A DNA stretch of 49,982 bases from a virus (Duplodnaviria; Heunggongvirae; Uroviricota; Caudoviricetes): the IMG/VR virus record IMGVR_UViG_2588253749_000002; one strand, written 5' to 3'. Under the pieces are notes generated by a model that ran no database searches, was not told the origin of the DNA, and saw only the letters and a program-made list of their open reading frames with translations. Within the stretch, counting starts at the first letter, position 1; each line of letters opens with the position of its first letter. A program made the translations under genes and the position numbers. Below are positions 34,644 through 48,779 of this stretch, one piece after another.

Positions 34644-37197
34644 ACCGGTAGGCGATCTGGTCGTTGATTTGAGTCTGGATGCGGCCAGATTTGACGAGCA
34701 GATGGCCAGAGTCAGGCGTCATTTTTCCGGTACGGAAAGTGATGCGAAAAAAACAGCGGCAGTCGTTGAACAGTCGCTGAGCCGACAGGCGCTGGCTGCA
34801 CAGAAAGCGGGGATTTCCGTCGGGCAGTATAAAGCCGCCATGCGTATGCTGCCTGCACAGTTCACCGACGTGGCCACGCAGCTTGCAGGCGGGCAAAGTC
34901 CGTGGCTGATCCTGCTGCAACAGGGGGGGCAGGTGAAGGACTCCTTCGGCGGGATGATCCCCATGTTCAGGGGGCTTGCCGGTGCGATCACCCTGCCGAT
35001 GGTGGGGGCCACCTCGCTGGCGGTGGCGACCGGTGCGCTGGCGTATGCCTGGTATCAGGGCAACTCAACCCTGTCCGATTTCAACAAAACGCTGGTCCTT
35101 TCCGGCAATCAGGCGGGACTGACGGCAGATCGTATGCTGGTCCTGTCCAGAGCCGGGCAGGCGGCAGGGCTGACGTTTAACCAGACCAGCGAGTCACTCA
35201 GCGCACTGGTTAAGGCGGGGGTAAGCGGTGAGGCTCAGATTGCGTCCATCAGCCAGAGTGTGGCGCGTTTCTCCTCTGCATCCGGCGTGGAGGTGGACAA
35301 GGTCGCTGAAGCCTTCGGGAAGCTGACCACAGACCCGACGTCGGGGCTGACGGCGATGGCACGCCAGTTCCATAACGTGACGACGGAGCAGATTGCGTAT
35401 GTTGCTCAGTTGCAGCGTTCCGGCGATGAAGCCGGGGCATTGCAGGCGGCGAACGAGGCCGCAACGAAAGGGTTTGATGACCAGACCCGCCGCCTGAAAG
35501 AGAACATGGGCACGCTGGAGACCTGGGCAGACAGGACTGCGCGGGCATTCAAATCCATGTGGGATGCGGTGCTGGATATTGGTCGTCCTGATACCGCGCA
35601 GGAGATGCTGATTAAGGCAGAGGCTGCGTTTAAGAAAGCAGACGACATCTGGAATCTGCGCAAGGATGATTATTTTGTTAACGATGAAGCGCGGGCGCGT
35701 TACTGGGATGATCGTGAAAAGGCCCGTCTTGCGCTTGAAGCCGCCCGAAAGAAGGCTGAGCAGCAGACTCAACAGGACAAAAATGCGCAGCAGCAGAGCG
35801 ATACCGAAGCGTCACGGCTGAAATATACCGAAGAGGCGCAGAAGGCTTACGAACGGCTGCAGACGCCGCTGGAGAAATATACCGCCCGTCAGGAAGAACT
35901 GAACAAGGCACTGAAAGACGGGAAAATCCTGCAGGCGGATTACAACACGCTGATGGCGGCGGCGAAAAAGGATTATGAAGCGACGCTGAAAAAGCCGAAA
36001 CAGTCCGGCGTGAAGGTGTCTGCGGGCGATCGTCAGGAAGACAGTGCTCATGCTGCCCTGCTGACGCTTCAGGCAGAACTCCGGACGCTGGAGAAGCATG
36101 CCGGAGCAAATGAGAAAATCAGCCAGCAGCGCCGGGATTTGTGGAAGGCGGAGAGTCAGTTCGCGGTACTGGAGGAGGCGGCGCAACGTCGCCAGCTGTC
36201 TGCACAGGAGAAATCCCTGCTGGCGCATAAAGATGAGACGCTGGAGTACAAACGCCAGCTGGCTGCACTTGGCGACAAGGTTACGTATCAGGAGCGCCTG
36301 AACGCGCTGGCGCAGCAGGCGGATAAATTCGCACAGCAGCAACGGGCAAAACGGGCCGCCATTGATGCGAAAAGCCGGGGGCTGACTGACCGGCAGGCAG
36401 AACGGGAAGCCACGGAACAGCGCCTGAAGGAACAGTATGGCGATAATCCGCTGGCGCTGAATAACGTCATGTCAGAGCAGAAAAAGACCTGGGCGGCTGA
36501 AGACCAGCTTCGCGGGAGCTGGATGGCAGGCCTGAAGTCCGGCTGGAGTGAGTGGGAAGAGAGCGCCACGGACAGTATGTCGCAGGTAAAAAGTGCAGCC
36601 ACGCAGACCTTTGATGGTATTGCACAGAATATGGCAGCGATGCTGACCGGCAGTGAGCAGAACTGGCGCAGCTTCACCCGTTCCGTGCTGTCCATGATGA
36701 CAGAAATTCTGCTTAAGCAGGCAATGGTGGGGATTGTCGGGAGTATCGGCAGCGCCATTGGCGGGGCTGTTGGTGGCGGCGCATCCGCGTCAGGCGGTAC
36801 AGCCATTCAGGCCGCTGCGGCGAAATTCCATTTTGCAACCGGAGGATTCACAGGAACCGGCGGCAAATATGAGCCAGCGGGGATTGTTCACCGTGGTGAA
36901 TTTGTCTTCACGAAGGAGGCAACCAGCCGGATTGGCGTGGGGAATCTCTACCGGCTGATGCGCGGCTATGCCACCGGTGGTTATGTCGGTACACCGGGCA
37001 GTCTGGCTGACAGCCGGTCGCAGGCGTCCGGGACGTTTGAGCAGAATAACCATGTGGTGATTAACAACGACGGCACGAACGGGCAGATAGGTCCGGCTGC
37101 TCTGAAGGCGGTGTATGACATGGCCCGCAAGGGTGCCCGTGATGAGATTCAGACACAGATGCGTGATGGTGGCCTGTTCTCCGGAGGTGGACGATGA
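34636..37197 (+). CDS. H: Tape-measure protein H
   Basis: 853-aa ORF matching lambda gpH. Confidence 0.95.
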   Translation: MAEPVGDLVVDLSLDAARFDEQMARVRRHFSGTESDAKKTAAVVEQSLSRQALAAQKAGISVGQYKAAMRMLPAQFTDVATQLAGGQSPWLILLQQGGQVKDSFGGMIPMFRGLAGAITLPMVGATSLAVATGALAYAWYQGNSTLSDFNKTLVLSGNQAGLTADRMLVLSRAGQAAGLTFNQTSESLSALVKAGVSGEAQIASISQSVARFSSASGVEVDKVAEAFGKLTTDPTSGLTAMARQFHNVTTEQIAYVAQLQRSGDEAGALQAANEAATKGFDDQTRRLKENMGTLETWADRTARAFKSMWDAVLDIGRPDTAQEMLIKAEAAFKKADDIWNLRKDDYFVNDEARARYWDDREKARLALEAARKKAEQQTQQDKNAQQQSDTEASRLKYTEEAQKAYERLQTPLEKYTARQEELNKALKDGKILQADYNTLMAAAKKDYEATLKKPKQSGVKVSAGDRQEDSAHAALLTLQAELRTLEKHAGANEKISQQRRDLWKAESQFAVLEEAAQRRQLSAQEKSLLAHKDETLEYKRQLAALGDKVTYQERLNALAQQADKFAQQQRAKRAAIDAKSRGLTDRQAEREATEQRLKEQYGDNPLALNNVMSEQKKTWAAEDQLRGSWMAGLKSGWSEWEESATDSMSQVKSAATQTFDGIAQNMAAMLTGSEQNWRSFTRSVLSMMTEILLKQAMVGIVGSIGSAIGGAVGGGASASGGTAIQAAAAKFHFATGGFTGTGGKYEPAGIVHRGEFVFTKEATSRIGVGNLYRLMRGYATGGYVGTPGSLADSRSQASGTFEQNNHVVINNDGTNGQIGPAALKAVYDMARKGARDEIQTQMRDGGLFSGGGR

Positions 37198-37523
37198 AAA
37201 CCTTCCGCTGGAAAGTGAAACCCGGTATGGATGTGGCTTCGGCCCCTTCTGTAAGAAAGGTGCGCTTTGGTGATGGCTATTCCCAGCGAGCGCCTGCCGG
37301 GCTGAATGCCAACCTGAAAACGTACAGCGTGACGCTTTCTGTCCCCCGTGAGGAGGCCACGGTACTGGAGTCGTTTCTGGAAGAGCACGGGGGCTGGAAA
37401 TCCTTTCTGTGGACGCCGCCTTATGAGTGGCGGCAGATAAAGGTGACCTGCGCAAAATGGTCGTCGCGGGTCAGTATGCTGCGTGTTGAGTTCAGCGCAG
37501 AGTTTGAACAGGTGGTGAACTGA
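37194..37523 (+). CDS. M: Tail tip protein M
   Basis: 109-aa ORF matching lambda gpM. Confidence 0.9.
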   Translation: MKTFRWKVKPGMDVASAPSVRKVRFGDGYSQRAPAGLNANLKTYSVTLSVPREEATVLESFLEEHGGWKSFLWTPPYEWRQIKVTCAKWSSRVSMLRVEFSAEFEQVVN

Positions 37524-38221
37524 TGCAGGATATCCGGCAGGAAACACTGAATGAATGCACCCGTGCGGAGCAGTCGGCCAGCGTGGTGCTCTGGGAAATC
37601 GACCTGACAGAGGTCGGTGGAGAACGTTATTTTTTCTGTAATGAGCAGAACGAAAAAGGTGAGCCGGTCACCTGGCAGGGGCGACAGTATCAGCCGTATC
37701 CCATTCAGGGGAGCGGTTTTGAACTGAATGGCAAAGGCACCAGTACGCGCCCCACGCTGACGGTTTCTAACCTGTACGGTATGGTCACCGGGATGGCGGA
37801 AGATCTGCAGAGTCTGGTCGGCGGAACGGTGGTCCGGCGTAAGGTTTACGCCCGTTTTCTGGATGCGGTGAACTTCGTCAACGGAAACAGTGACGCCGAT
37901 CCGGAGCAGGAGGTGATCAGCCGCTGGCGCATCGAGCAGTGCAGCGAACTGAGCGCGGTGAGTGCCTCCTTTGTACTGTCCACGCCGACGGAAACGGATG
38001 GCGCTGTTTTTCCGGGACGTATCATGCTGGCCAACACCTGCACCTGGACCTATCGCGGTGACGAGTGCGGTTATAGCGGTCCGGCTGTCGCGGATGAATA
38101 TGACCAGCCGACGTCCGATATCACGAAGGATAAATGCAGCAAATGCCTGAGTGGCTGTAAGTTCCGCAATAACGTCGGCAACTTTGGCGGCTTCCTTTCC
38201 ATTAACAAACTTTCGCAGTAA
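37523..38221 (+). CDS. L: Tail tip protein L
   Basis: 232-aa ORF matching lambda gpL; Cys cluster. Confidence 0.9.
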   Translation: MQDIRQETLNECTRAEQSASVVLWEIDLTEVGGERYFFCNEQNEKGEPVTWQGRQYQPYPIQGSGFELNGKGTSTRPTLTVSNLYGMVTGMAEDLQSLVGGTVVRRKVYARFLDAVNFVNGNSDADPEQEVISRWRIEQCSELSAVSASFVLSTPTETDGAVFPGRIMLANTCTWTYRGDECGYSGPAVADEYDQPTSDITKDKCSKCLSGCKFRNNVGNFGGFLSINKLSQ

Positions 38222-38369
38222 TCCCATGACAGAGACAGAATCAGCGATTCTGGCGCACGCCCGGCGATGTGCGCCAGCGGAGTCGTGCGGCTTCGTGGTA
38301 AGCACGCCGGAGGGGGAAAGATATTTCCCCTGCGTGAATATCTCCGGTGAGCCGGAGGCGTATTTCCGT

Positions 38370-38969
38370 ATGTCGCCGGAAGACTGGCTGCAGGCAGAAA
38401 TGCAGGGTGAGATTGTGGCGCTGGTCCACAGCCACCCCGGTGGTCTGCCCTGGCTGAGTGAGGCCGACCGGCGGCTGCAGGTGCAGAGTGATTTGCCGTG
38501 GTGGCTGGTCTGCCGGGGGACGATTCATAAGTTCCGCTGTGTGCCGCATCTCACCGGGCGGCGCTTTGAGCACGGGGTGACGGACTGTTACACGCTGTTC
38601 CGGGATGCTTATCATCTGGCGGGGATTGAGATGCCGGATTTTCATCGCGGGGATGACTGGTGGCGTCACGGTCAGAATCTCTATCTGGATAATCTGGAGG
38701 CCACAGGGCTGTATCAGGTGCCGTTGTCATCAGCACAACCGGGCGATGTGCTGCTGTGCTGTTTTGGTTCATCGGTGCCGAATCATGCCGCCATTTACTG
38801 TGGTGACGGCGAGCTGCTGCACCATATTCCTGAACAACTGAGCAAACGAGAGAGGTATACCGACAAATGGCAGCGACGCACACACTCCCTCTGGCGTCAC
38901 CGGGCATGGCGCGCATCTGCCTTTACGGGGATTTACAACGATTTGGCCGCCGCATCGACCTTCGTGTGA
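38370..38969 (+). CDS. K: Tail tip assembly protein K (JAB/MPN plus NlpC/P60-like)
   Basis: Lambda-equivalent start MSPEDWLQAEMQGE... gives 199 aa; in-frame ORF extends upstream to 38226; HSHPGG motif. Confidence 0.8.
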   Translation: MSPEDWLQAEMQGEIVALVHSHPGGLPWLSEADRRLQVQSDLPWWLVCRGTIHKFRCVPHLTGRRFEHGVTDCYTLFRDAYHLAGIEMPDFHRGDDWWRHGQNLYLDNLEATGLYQVPLSSAQPGDVLLCCFGSSVPNHAAIYCGDGELLHHIPEQLSKRERYTDKWQRRTHSLWRHRAWRASAFTGIYNDLAAASTFV

Positions 38970-39538
38970 AAACGGGGGCTGAAGCCATCCGGGCGCTGGC
39001 CACACAGCTCCCGGCGTTTCGTCAGAAACTGAGCGACGGCTGGTATCAGGTACGGATTGCCGGGCAGGATGTCAGCACGTCCGGATTAACGGCGCAGTTA
39101 CATGAGACTCTGCCTGATGGCGCTGTGATTCATATTGTTCCCAGAGTCGCCGGGGCCAAGTCAGGTGGTGTATTCCAGATTGTCCTGGGAGCAGCCGCCA
39201 TTGCCGGATCATTCTTTACCGCCGGAGCCACCCTTACAGCATGGGGGGCAGCCATTGGGGCCGGTGGTATGACCGGCATCCTGTTTTCTCTCGGTGCCAG
39301 TATGGTGCTCGGTGGTGTGGCGCAGATGCTGGCACCGAAAGCCCGGACGCCCACAGCGACCAGCACGGATAACGGTAAGCAGAACACCTATTTTTCATCA
39401 CTGGATAACATGGTTGCCCAGGGCAATGTTCTGCCTGTTCTGTACGGTGAAATGCGCGTGGGGTCACGCGTGGTTTCTCAGGAGATCAGCACGGCAGACG
39501 AAGGGGATGGTGGTCAGGTTGTGGTGATTGGTCGCTGA
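38867..39538 (+). CDS. I: Tail tip assembly protein I
   Basis: 223-aa ORF matching lambda gpI. Confidence 0.9.
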   Translation: MAATHTLPLASPGMARICLYGDLQRFGRRIDLRVKTGAEAIRALATQLPAFRQKLSDGWYQVRIAGQDVSTSGLTAQLHETLPDGAVIHIVPRVAGAKSGGVFQIVLGAAAIAGSFFTAGATLTAWGAAIGAGGMTGILFSLGASMVLGGVAQMLAPKARTPTATSTDNGKQNTYFSSLDNMVAQGNVLPVLYGEMRVGSRVVSQEISTADEGDGGQVVVIGR

Positions 39539-39595
39539 TGCAAAATGTTTTATGTGAAACCGCCTGCGGGAGGTTTTGTCGTTTATGGAGCGTGA

Positions 39596-42997
<3,402 letters not shown>

Positions 42998-43063
42998 ATT
43001 TTATAACCCATAACGGGCGTCAGAAATGACGCCTTTTTTATTGCAGAAAAGCGAGAGGTAATT

Positions 43064-43663
43064 ATGCGTAAACTTTATGCCGCCATTTTGTCCGCAGCCA
43101 TTTGTCTGGCCGTATCCGGTGCGCCTGCATGGGCGTCTGAACATCAGTCCACGCTGAGCGCGGGGTATCTTCATGCCTCGACGAACGTTCCCGGCAGCGA
43201 TGATCTGAACGGGATTAACGTGAAATACCGTTATGAGTTTACGGACATACTGGGGCTGGTGACGTCATTCAGCTATGCAGGAGACAAGAATCGCCAGCTG
43301 ACCCGTTACAGCGATACCCGCTGGCATGAAGATTCCGTTCGTAACCGCTGGTTCAGCGTGATGGTGGGGCCGTCTGTGCGCGTGAATGAATGGTTCAGCG
43401 CGTATGCGATGGCGGGTATGGCTTACAGCCGTGTGTCGACTTTCTCCGGGGATTATCTCCGCGTAACTGACAACAAGGGGAAAACGCACGACGTGCTGAC
43501 CGGAAGTGATGACGGTCGCCACAGCAACACGTCTCTGGCGTGGGGAGCTGGCGTGCAGTTTAACCCGACCGAATCCGTGGCCATTGATATTGCTTATGAA
43601 GGCTCCGGCAGTGGCGACTGGCGCACTGACGGTTTCATCATGGGTGTCGGTTATAAGTTCTGA
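43064..43663 (+). CDS. lom: Outer-membrane protein Lom (Ail/PagC family)
   Basis: 199-aa ORF with signal peptide and beta-barrel signature ending ...GVGYKF. Confidence 0.9.
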   Translation: MRKLYAAILSAAICLAVSGAPAWASEHQSTLSAGYLHASTNVPGSDDLNGINVKYRYEFTDILGLVTSFSYAGDKNRQLTRYSDTRWHEDSVRNRWFSVMVGPSVRVNEWFSAYAMAGMAYSRVSTFSGDYLRVTDNKGKTHDVLTGSDDGRHSNTSLAWGAGVQFNPTESVAIDIAYEGSGSGDWRTDGFIMGVGYKF

Positions 43664-43721
43664 TTAGCCAGGTAACACAGTGTTATGACAGCCCGCCGGT
43701 TCAGGCGGGCTTTTTTGTGGG

Positions 43722-46700
43722 GTGAATATGGCAGTAAAGATTTCAGGTGTACTGAAAGACGGCACAGGAAAACCGGTACAGAACTGCACAATCCAGCTGA
43801 AAGCAAAACGTAACAGCACCACGGTGGTGGTGAACACGCTGGCCTCAGAAAATCCGGATGAAGCCGGGCGTTACAGCATGGACGTTGAGTACGGTCAGTA
43901 CAGCGTTATTCTGTTGGTGGAAGGATTCCCGCCGTCACATGCCGGGACCATCACCGTGTATGAAGATTCTCAACCCGGTACGCTGAATGATTTTCTTGGT
44001 GCCATGACGGAGGATGATGTCCGTCCGGAGGCACTGCGCCGTTTTGAGCTGATGGTGGAAGAGGTGGCGCGTAACGCGTCCGCGGTGGCACAGAACACGG
44101 CAGCCGCGAAGAAGTCAGCCAGCGATGCCAGCACATCAGCCCGTGAGGCGGCAACCCATGCGACTGATGCTGCGGACTCAGCTCGCGCAGCCAGCACGTC
44201 AGCCGGACAGGCCGCGACGTCGGCTCAGGAGGCTTTTTCCAGCGCAGGAACGGCATCAGCAAAAGCCTCTGAGGCATCAAAAAGTGCTGCCGCTGCAGAG
44301 TCCTCAAAAAGCGCGGCGGCTACCAGTGCCGGTGCGGCGAAAACGTCAGAAACGAATGCGGCAGCGTCACAACAATCAGCAGCCACTTCTGCATCCACCG
44401 CGACCACGAAAGCGTCAGAAGCAGCCACTTCAGCACGGGATGCGTCGGCTTCAAAAGAGGCGGCAAAATCATCAGAAACGAACGCAGCCTCGAGCGCCAG
44501 CAGCGCAGCTTCCTCGGCAACGGCGGCAGCAAATTCTGCGAAGGCGGCAAAAACGTCCGAGACGAACGCTAAGTCTTCTGAAACGGCAGCGGGACAGAGC
44601 GCCTCAGCTGCGGCAGGCTCAAAAACAGCGGCTGCGTCGTCTGCCAGTGCCGCGTCAACAAGTGCCGGGCAGGCCTCAGCCAGTGCCACCGCCGCCGGAA
44701 AATCGGCAGAAAGCGCCGCATCATCCGCTTCAACAGCCACAACGAAGGCTGGCGAAGCCACTGAGCAGGCCACGGCAGCAGCGAGGTCAGCTTCCGCAGC
44801 GAAGACATCCGAAACGAACGCGAAAGCGTCGGAAACCAGCGCAGAATCCTCAAAAACGGCTGCCGCATCGTCAGCCAGTTCGGCGGCGTCATCGGCATCA
44901 TCGGCGTCTGCTTCAAAAGATGAGGCGACCAGACAAGCGTCAGCAGCGAAGAGCAGCGCCACGACGGCATCCACGAAGGCGACAGAGGCAGCTGGCAGTG
45001 CGACGGCGGCAGCTCAGAGCAAAAGTACGGCGGAATCCGCGGCAACGCGCGCCGAGACAGCAGCTAAACGGGCAGAGGATATTGCATCCGCCGTGGCGCT
45101 TGAGGATGCAAGTACGACGAAAAAGGGGATAGTACAGCTCAGCAGTGCGACCAACAGTACGTCTGAAACGCTGGCGGCAACGCCAAAGGCAGTAAAATCA
45201 GCCTATGACAATGCAGAGAAACGTCTGCAGAAAGACCAGAACGGCGCTGATATACCCGATAAGGGACGCTTCCTGAACAACATTAACGCGGTCAATAAAA
45301 CAGACTTTGCTGATAAGCGTGGTATGCGTTATGTGCGGGTTAACGCTCCTGCAGGTGCAACATCTGGAAAATATTACCCTGTTGTTGTTATGCGTTCTGC
45401 TGGCTCAGTAAGCGAACTGGCATCAAGGGTCATTATCACCACGGCAACGCGAACTGCAGGCGATCCTATGAATAACTGCGAGTTTAACGGATTTGTTATG
45501 CCTGGTGGCTGGACTGACAGGGGGCGTTATGCTTATGGAATGTTCTGGCAATATCAAAACAATGAACGAGCCATCCACTCAATAATGATGAGTAATAAGG
45601 GCGATGATTTGCGCTCTGTGTTCTATGTTGATGGCGCTGCTTTCCCTGTTTTTGCGTTTATCGAAGATGGCCTGTCAATATCCGCACCTGGTGCTGATCT
45701 CGTTGTTAATGATACGACCTATAAGTTTGGGGCAACAAATCCAGCGACTGAATGTATCGCGGCGGACGTTATCCTTGATTTTAAGAGTGGGCGTGGTTTT
45801 TATGAGTCTCATTCGTTAATCGTTAACGATAACTTGTCGTGCAAAAAACTTTTTGCCACAGACGAAATTGTAGCGCGTGGTGGTAATCAGATTCGAATGA
45901 TAGGTGGGGAGTATGGTGCATTATGGCGTAATGATGGCGCTAAAACTTACCTGCTGCTTACCAATCAAGGTGATGTTTATGGTGGCTGGAATACATTAAG
46001 ACCGTTTGCTATTGATAACGCAACCGGCGAACTGGTTATTGGAACCAAACTGTCCGCAAGTCTGAACGGTAATGCATTAACAGCAACAAAGCTGCAAACG
46101 CCAAGACTGGTTTCTGGTGTTGAGTTTGATGGTTCCAAAGATATTACTTTAACCGCCGCGCATGTGGCTGCTTTTGCCAGAAGGGCAACGGATACATATG
46201 CCGATGCGGATGGTGGCGTTCCCTGGAATGCCGAATCAGGCGCTTACAATGTCACCCGCTCTGGCGACAGCTATATTCTGGTTAACTTCTATACCGGAGT
46301 CGGAAGTTGCCGGACCTTGCAGATGAAGGCGCATTACAGAAATGGTGGTCTGTTCTACCGTTCTTCAAGAGACGGTTATGGTTTTGAGGAAGACTGGGCA
46401 GAAGTTTATACCTCGAAAAATCTTCCACCAGAAAGCTACCCAGTCGGCGCACCAATCCCGTGGCCATCAGATACCGTTCCGTCTGGTTATGCCCTGATGC
46501 AGGGGCAGACTTTTGACAAATCTGCTTACCCGAAACTTGCAGCCGCTTATCCGTCAGGCGTGATCCCTGATATGCGTGGCTGGACGATTAAGGGAAAACC
46601 TGCCAGTGGTCGGGCCGTATTGTCTCAGGAACAGGACGGCATTAAATCGCACACCCACAGCGCCAGCGCATCCAGTACGGATTTGGGGACGAAAACCACA

Positions 46701-47090
46701 TCGTCGTTTGATTACGGCACTAAATCCACGAATAACACCGGGGCGCATACGCACAGTGTGAGCGGCTCTACAAACTCGGCTGGAGCACACACACACTCAC
46801 TAGCCAACGTGAACACGGCTAGTGCTAACTCCGGTGCTGGTAGTGCATCAACAAGATTGTCTGTTGTGCATAATCAAAACTATGCAACATCATCCGCTGG
46901 CGCACATACCCACTCACTGTCCGGCACTGCTGCAAGCGCAGGTGCACACGCACATACTGTCGGTATTGGTGCTCATACGCACTCGGTTGCGATTGGCTCA
47001 CATGGACACACCATCACCGTTAACGCTGCTGGTAACGCGGAAAACACCGTCAAAAACATCGCATTTAACTATATTGTGAGGCTTGCATAA
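43722..47090 (+). CDS. stf: Side tail fibre protein Stf
   Basis: 1122-aa ORF; lambda Stf-like N-terminus ([17 protein letters not shown]...), long Ala/Ser/Thr-rich repeats, C-terminal HxH repeats. Confidence 0.85.
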   Translation: MNMAVKISGVLKDGTGKPVQNCTIQLKAKRNSTTVVVNTLASENPDEAGRYSMDVEYGQYSVILLVEGFPPSHAGTITVYEDSQPGTLNDFLGAMTEDDVRPEALRRFELMVEEVARNASAVAQNTAAAKKSASDASTSAREAATHATDAADSARAASTSAGQAATSAQEAFSSAGTASAKASEASKSAAAAESSKSAAATSAGAAKTSETNAAASQQSAATSASTATTKASEAATSARDASASKEAAKSSETNAASSASSAASSATAAANSAKAAKTSETNAKSSETAAGQSASAAAGSKTAAASSASAASTSAGQASASATAAGKSAESAASSASTATTKAGEATEQATAAARSASAAKTSETNAKASETSAESSKTAAASSASSAASSASSASASKDEATRQASAAKSSATTASTKATEAAGSATAAAQSKSTAESAATRAETAAKRAEDIASAVALEDASTTKKGIVQLSSATNSTSETLAATPKAVKSAYDNAEKRLQKDQNGADIPDKGRFLNNINAVNKTDFADKRGMRYVRVNAPAGATSGKYYPVVVMRSAGSVSELASRVIITTATRTAGDPMNNCEFNGFVMPGGWTDRGRYAYGMFWQYQNNERAIHSIMMSNKGDDLRSVFYVDGAAFPVFAFIEDGLSISAPGADLVVNDTTYKFGATNPATECIAADVILDFKSGRGFYESHSLIVNDNLSCKKLFATDEIVARGGNQIRMIGGEYGALWRNDGAKTYLLLTNQGDVYGGWNTLRPFAIDNATGELVIGTKLSASLNGNALTATKLQTPRLVSGVEFDGSKDITLTAAHVAAFARRATDTYADADGGVPWNAESGAYNVTRSGDSYILVNFYTGVGSCRTLQMKAHYRNGGLFYRSSRDGYGFEEDWAEVYTSKNLPPESYPVGAPIPWPSDTVPSGYALMQGQTFDKSAYPKLAAAYPSGVIPDMRGWTIKGKPASGRAVLSQEQDGIKSHTHSASASSTDLGTKTTSSFDYGTKSTNNTGAHTHSVSGSTNSAGAHTHSLANVNTASANSGAGSASTRLSVVHNQNYATSSAGAHTHSLSGTAASAGAHAHTVGIGAHTHSVAIGSHGHTITVNAAGNAENTVKNIAFNYIVRLA

Positions 47091-47674
47091 TGGCATTCAG
47101 AATGAGTGAACAACCACGGACCATAAAAATTTATAATCTGCTGGCCGGAACTAATGAATTTATTGGTGAAGGTGACGCATATATTCCGCCTCATACAGGT
47201 CTGCCAGCAAACAGTACCGATATTGCACCGCCAGATATTCCGGCTGGCTTTGTGGCTGTTTTCAACAGTGATGAGGCATCGTGGCATCTCGTTGAAGACC
47301 ATCGGGGTAAAACCGTCTATGACGTGGCTTCCGGCGACGCGTTATTTATTTCTGAACTCGGCTCATTACCGGAAAATGTCACCTGGTTATCCCCGGAAGG
47401 GGAGTTTCAGAAGTGGAACGGCACAACCTGGGTGAAAGATGCAGAAGCAGAAAAACTGTTCCGGATCCGGGAGGCGGAAGAAACAAAAAATAGCCTGATG
47501 CAGGTAGCCAGTGAGCATATTGCGCCACTTCAGGATGCTGCAGATCTGGAAATCGCAACGGAGGGAGAAACCTCGTTGCTGGAAGCCTGGAAAAAGTATC
47601 GGGTGTTGCTGAACCGTGTTGATACATCAACTGCACCTGATATTGAGTGGCCTGCTGTCCCTGTTATGGAGTAA
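47090..47674 (+). CDS. tfa: Tail fibre assembly chaperone Tfa
   Basis: 194-aa ORF immediately after stf; lambda Tfa-like. Confidence 0.85.
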   Translation: MAFRMSEQPRTIKIYNLLAGTNEFIGEGDAYIPPHTGLPANSTDIAPPDIPAGFVAVFNSDEASWHLVEDHRGKTVYDVASGDALFISELGSLPENVTWLSPEGEFQKWNGTTWVKDAEAEKLFRIREAEETKNSLMQVASEHIAPLQDAADLEIATEGETSLLEAWKKYRVLLNRVDTSTAPDIEWPAVPVME

Positions 47675-47777
47675 TCGTTTTGAGATACGCCGCATACACG
47701 TTGTATGCAATAACGTGCTGCGGCTTGGTAAATTTTAGCTAGTTTCAGCAGGAGACATAAAAAACTTCAATATAAGA

Positions 47778-48566
47778 TTAAGCATCACGTATTGCCAATC
47801 TGATTTTTGACTGATACCAATTGGGGCCTTCTGCAATTATTTCTTCCTCAACATGCATGATGGGATGCATTTCAATTTCAGAGTTTTTGACTTTCAGATC
47901 TAGTCCATGTTTTTTTGAAATTTGTAAAACTTCATTTTTGAAATCCTTATCTGCGAAAGGTGAAATCCTTATTTCTTCCAACAGATTATTAAGAGATACA
48001 GGGACTAGTTTTCCCTTTACAGGTGGAGTGTTAAAGGTATTCTCTTGAAAAATAGCTCTAAACTCTTTTTCGTATTCGAAAGATGGTCTCTTGTTAAAGA
48101 ATACATCTGATTCTGGATTGTATTGTTTTATCCAGAAATTTTTGACGTATTTTACGTGTTTTAATTGTAGTTTGTTTAGATTATTATTTTCAAGTTGGCT
48201 TTGGAGGTTTTTTTTCTTTGATTTTATGACAACGCCTTTAGCGGGGTTTTTACAATACAGCTTCCACATAGCTTCAGATTCATGTTCGTTACAATGCCAG
48301 CAACTTATATATGTCCTCTCGCTTATTTCCTTAAGTGTCTTTAAATTGAATGCCATGAAAGGATCTAAGTCCATGCCGGCACCATAAGTAGCGCATAGTT
48401 TTTCCTGTGTCTCAATGAATTTTTTATAGCCAGTATGTCCCCAAGCAAATTCACCTTCGAACGGATCTTCAAAATTTTTTGCTGAGCAAAAAAATAAAGC
48501 ATTTTGTTCGAGTAACATAGAGAATTTCTCTATGTCAAGGTATCGCCATATATACTCAGTGTGCAT
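47778..48566 (-). CDS. Hypothetical protein, DUF2971-like (tentative)
   Basis: Track ORF 47778-48767; probable start ATG 48564-48566 with AAGGAG RBS (262 aa); motif FEDPFEGEF; AT-rich. Confidence 0.5.
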   Translation of the reverse strand: MHTEYIWRYLDIEKFSMLLEQNALFFCSAKNFEDPFEGEFAWGHTGYKKFIETQEKLCATYGAGMDLDPFMAFNLKTLKEISERTYISCWHCNEHESEAMWKLYCKNPAKGVVIKSKKKNLQSQLENNNLNKLQLKHVKYVKNFWIKQYNPESDVFFNKRPSFEYEKEFRAIFQENTFNTPPVKGKLVPVSLNNLLEEIRISPFADKDFKNEVLQISKKHGLDLKVKNSEIEMHPIMHVEEEIIAEGPNWYQSKIRLAIRDA

Positions 48567-48779
48567 GATAGCTCCTTGCAATATAACTATTTCTATCTGT
48601 TCATTTGTACTTAAAAAGGATTGAGTAGCCTGAACAGTTCTATCCGTAAATATACCAGATAGAAGAGTTGTACAATAACAAATCCTCCGTACAAGAACCA
48701 GCCATAATAGTCTGGTTCTTAAGGTTTTTTTTGTTCTAGGGGGTTTTAACCTACGATTCGTCCCCATATCGGCGATAAA

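Noticed and set aside
35194-37547. Long minus-strand ORFs (35194-35772, 36790-37455 and others) across the tape-measure gene
   Set aside because: Antisense to H, which matches lambda H along its full length.
43951-45132. Several long ORFs on both strands inside stf (e.g. 44125-45132 plus, 44225-44974 minus, 44569-45045 minus) with extremely biased Arg/Pro/Gln or Ala/Asp composition
   Set aside because: They lie entirely within the Ala/Ser-rich repeat block of stf; alternate-frame and antisense translation of a low-complexity repeat gives stop-free frames by chance.
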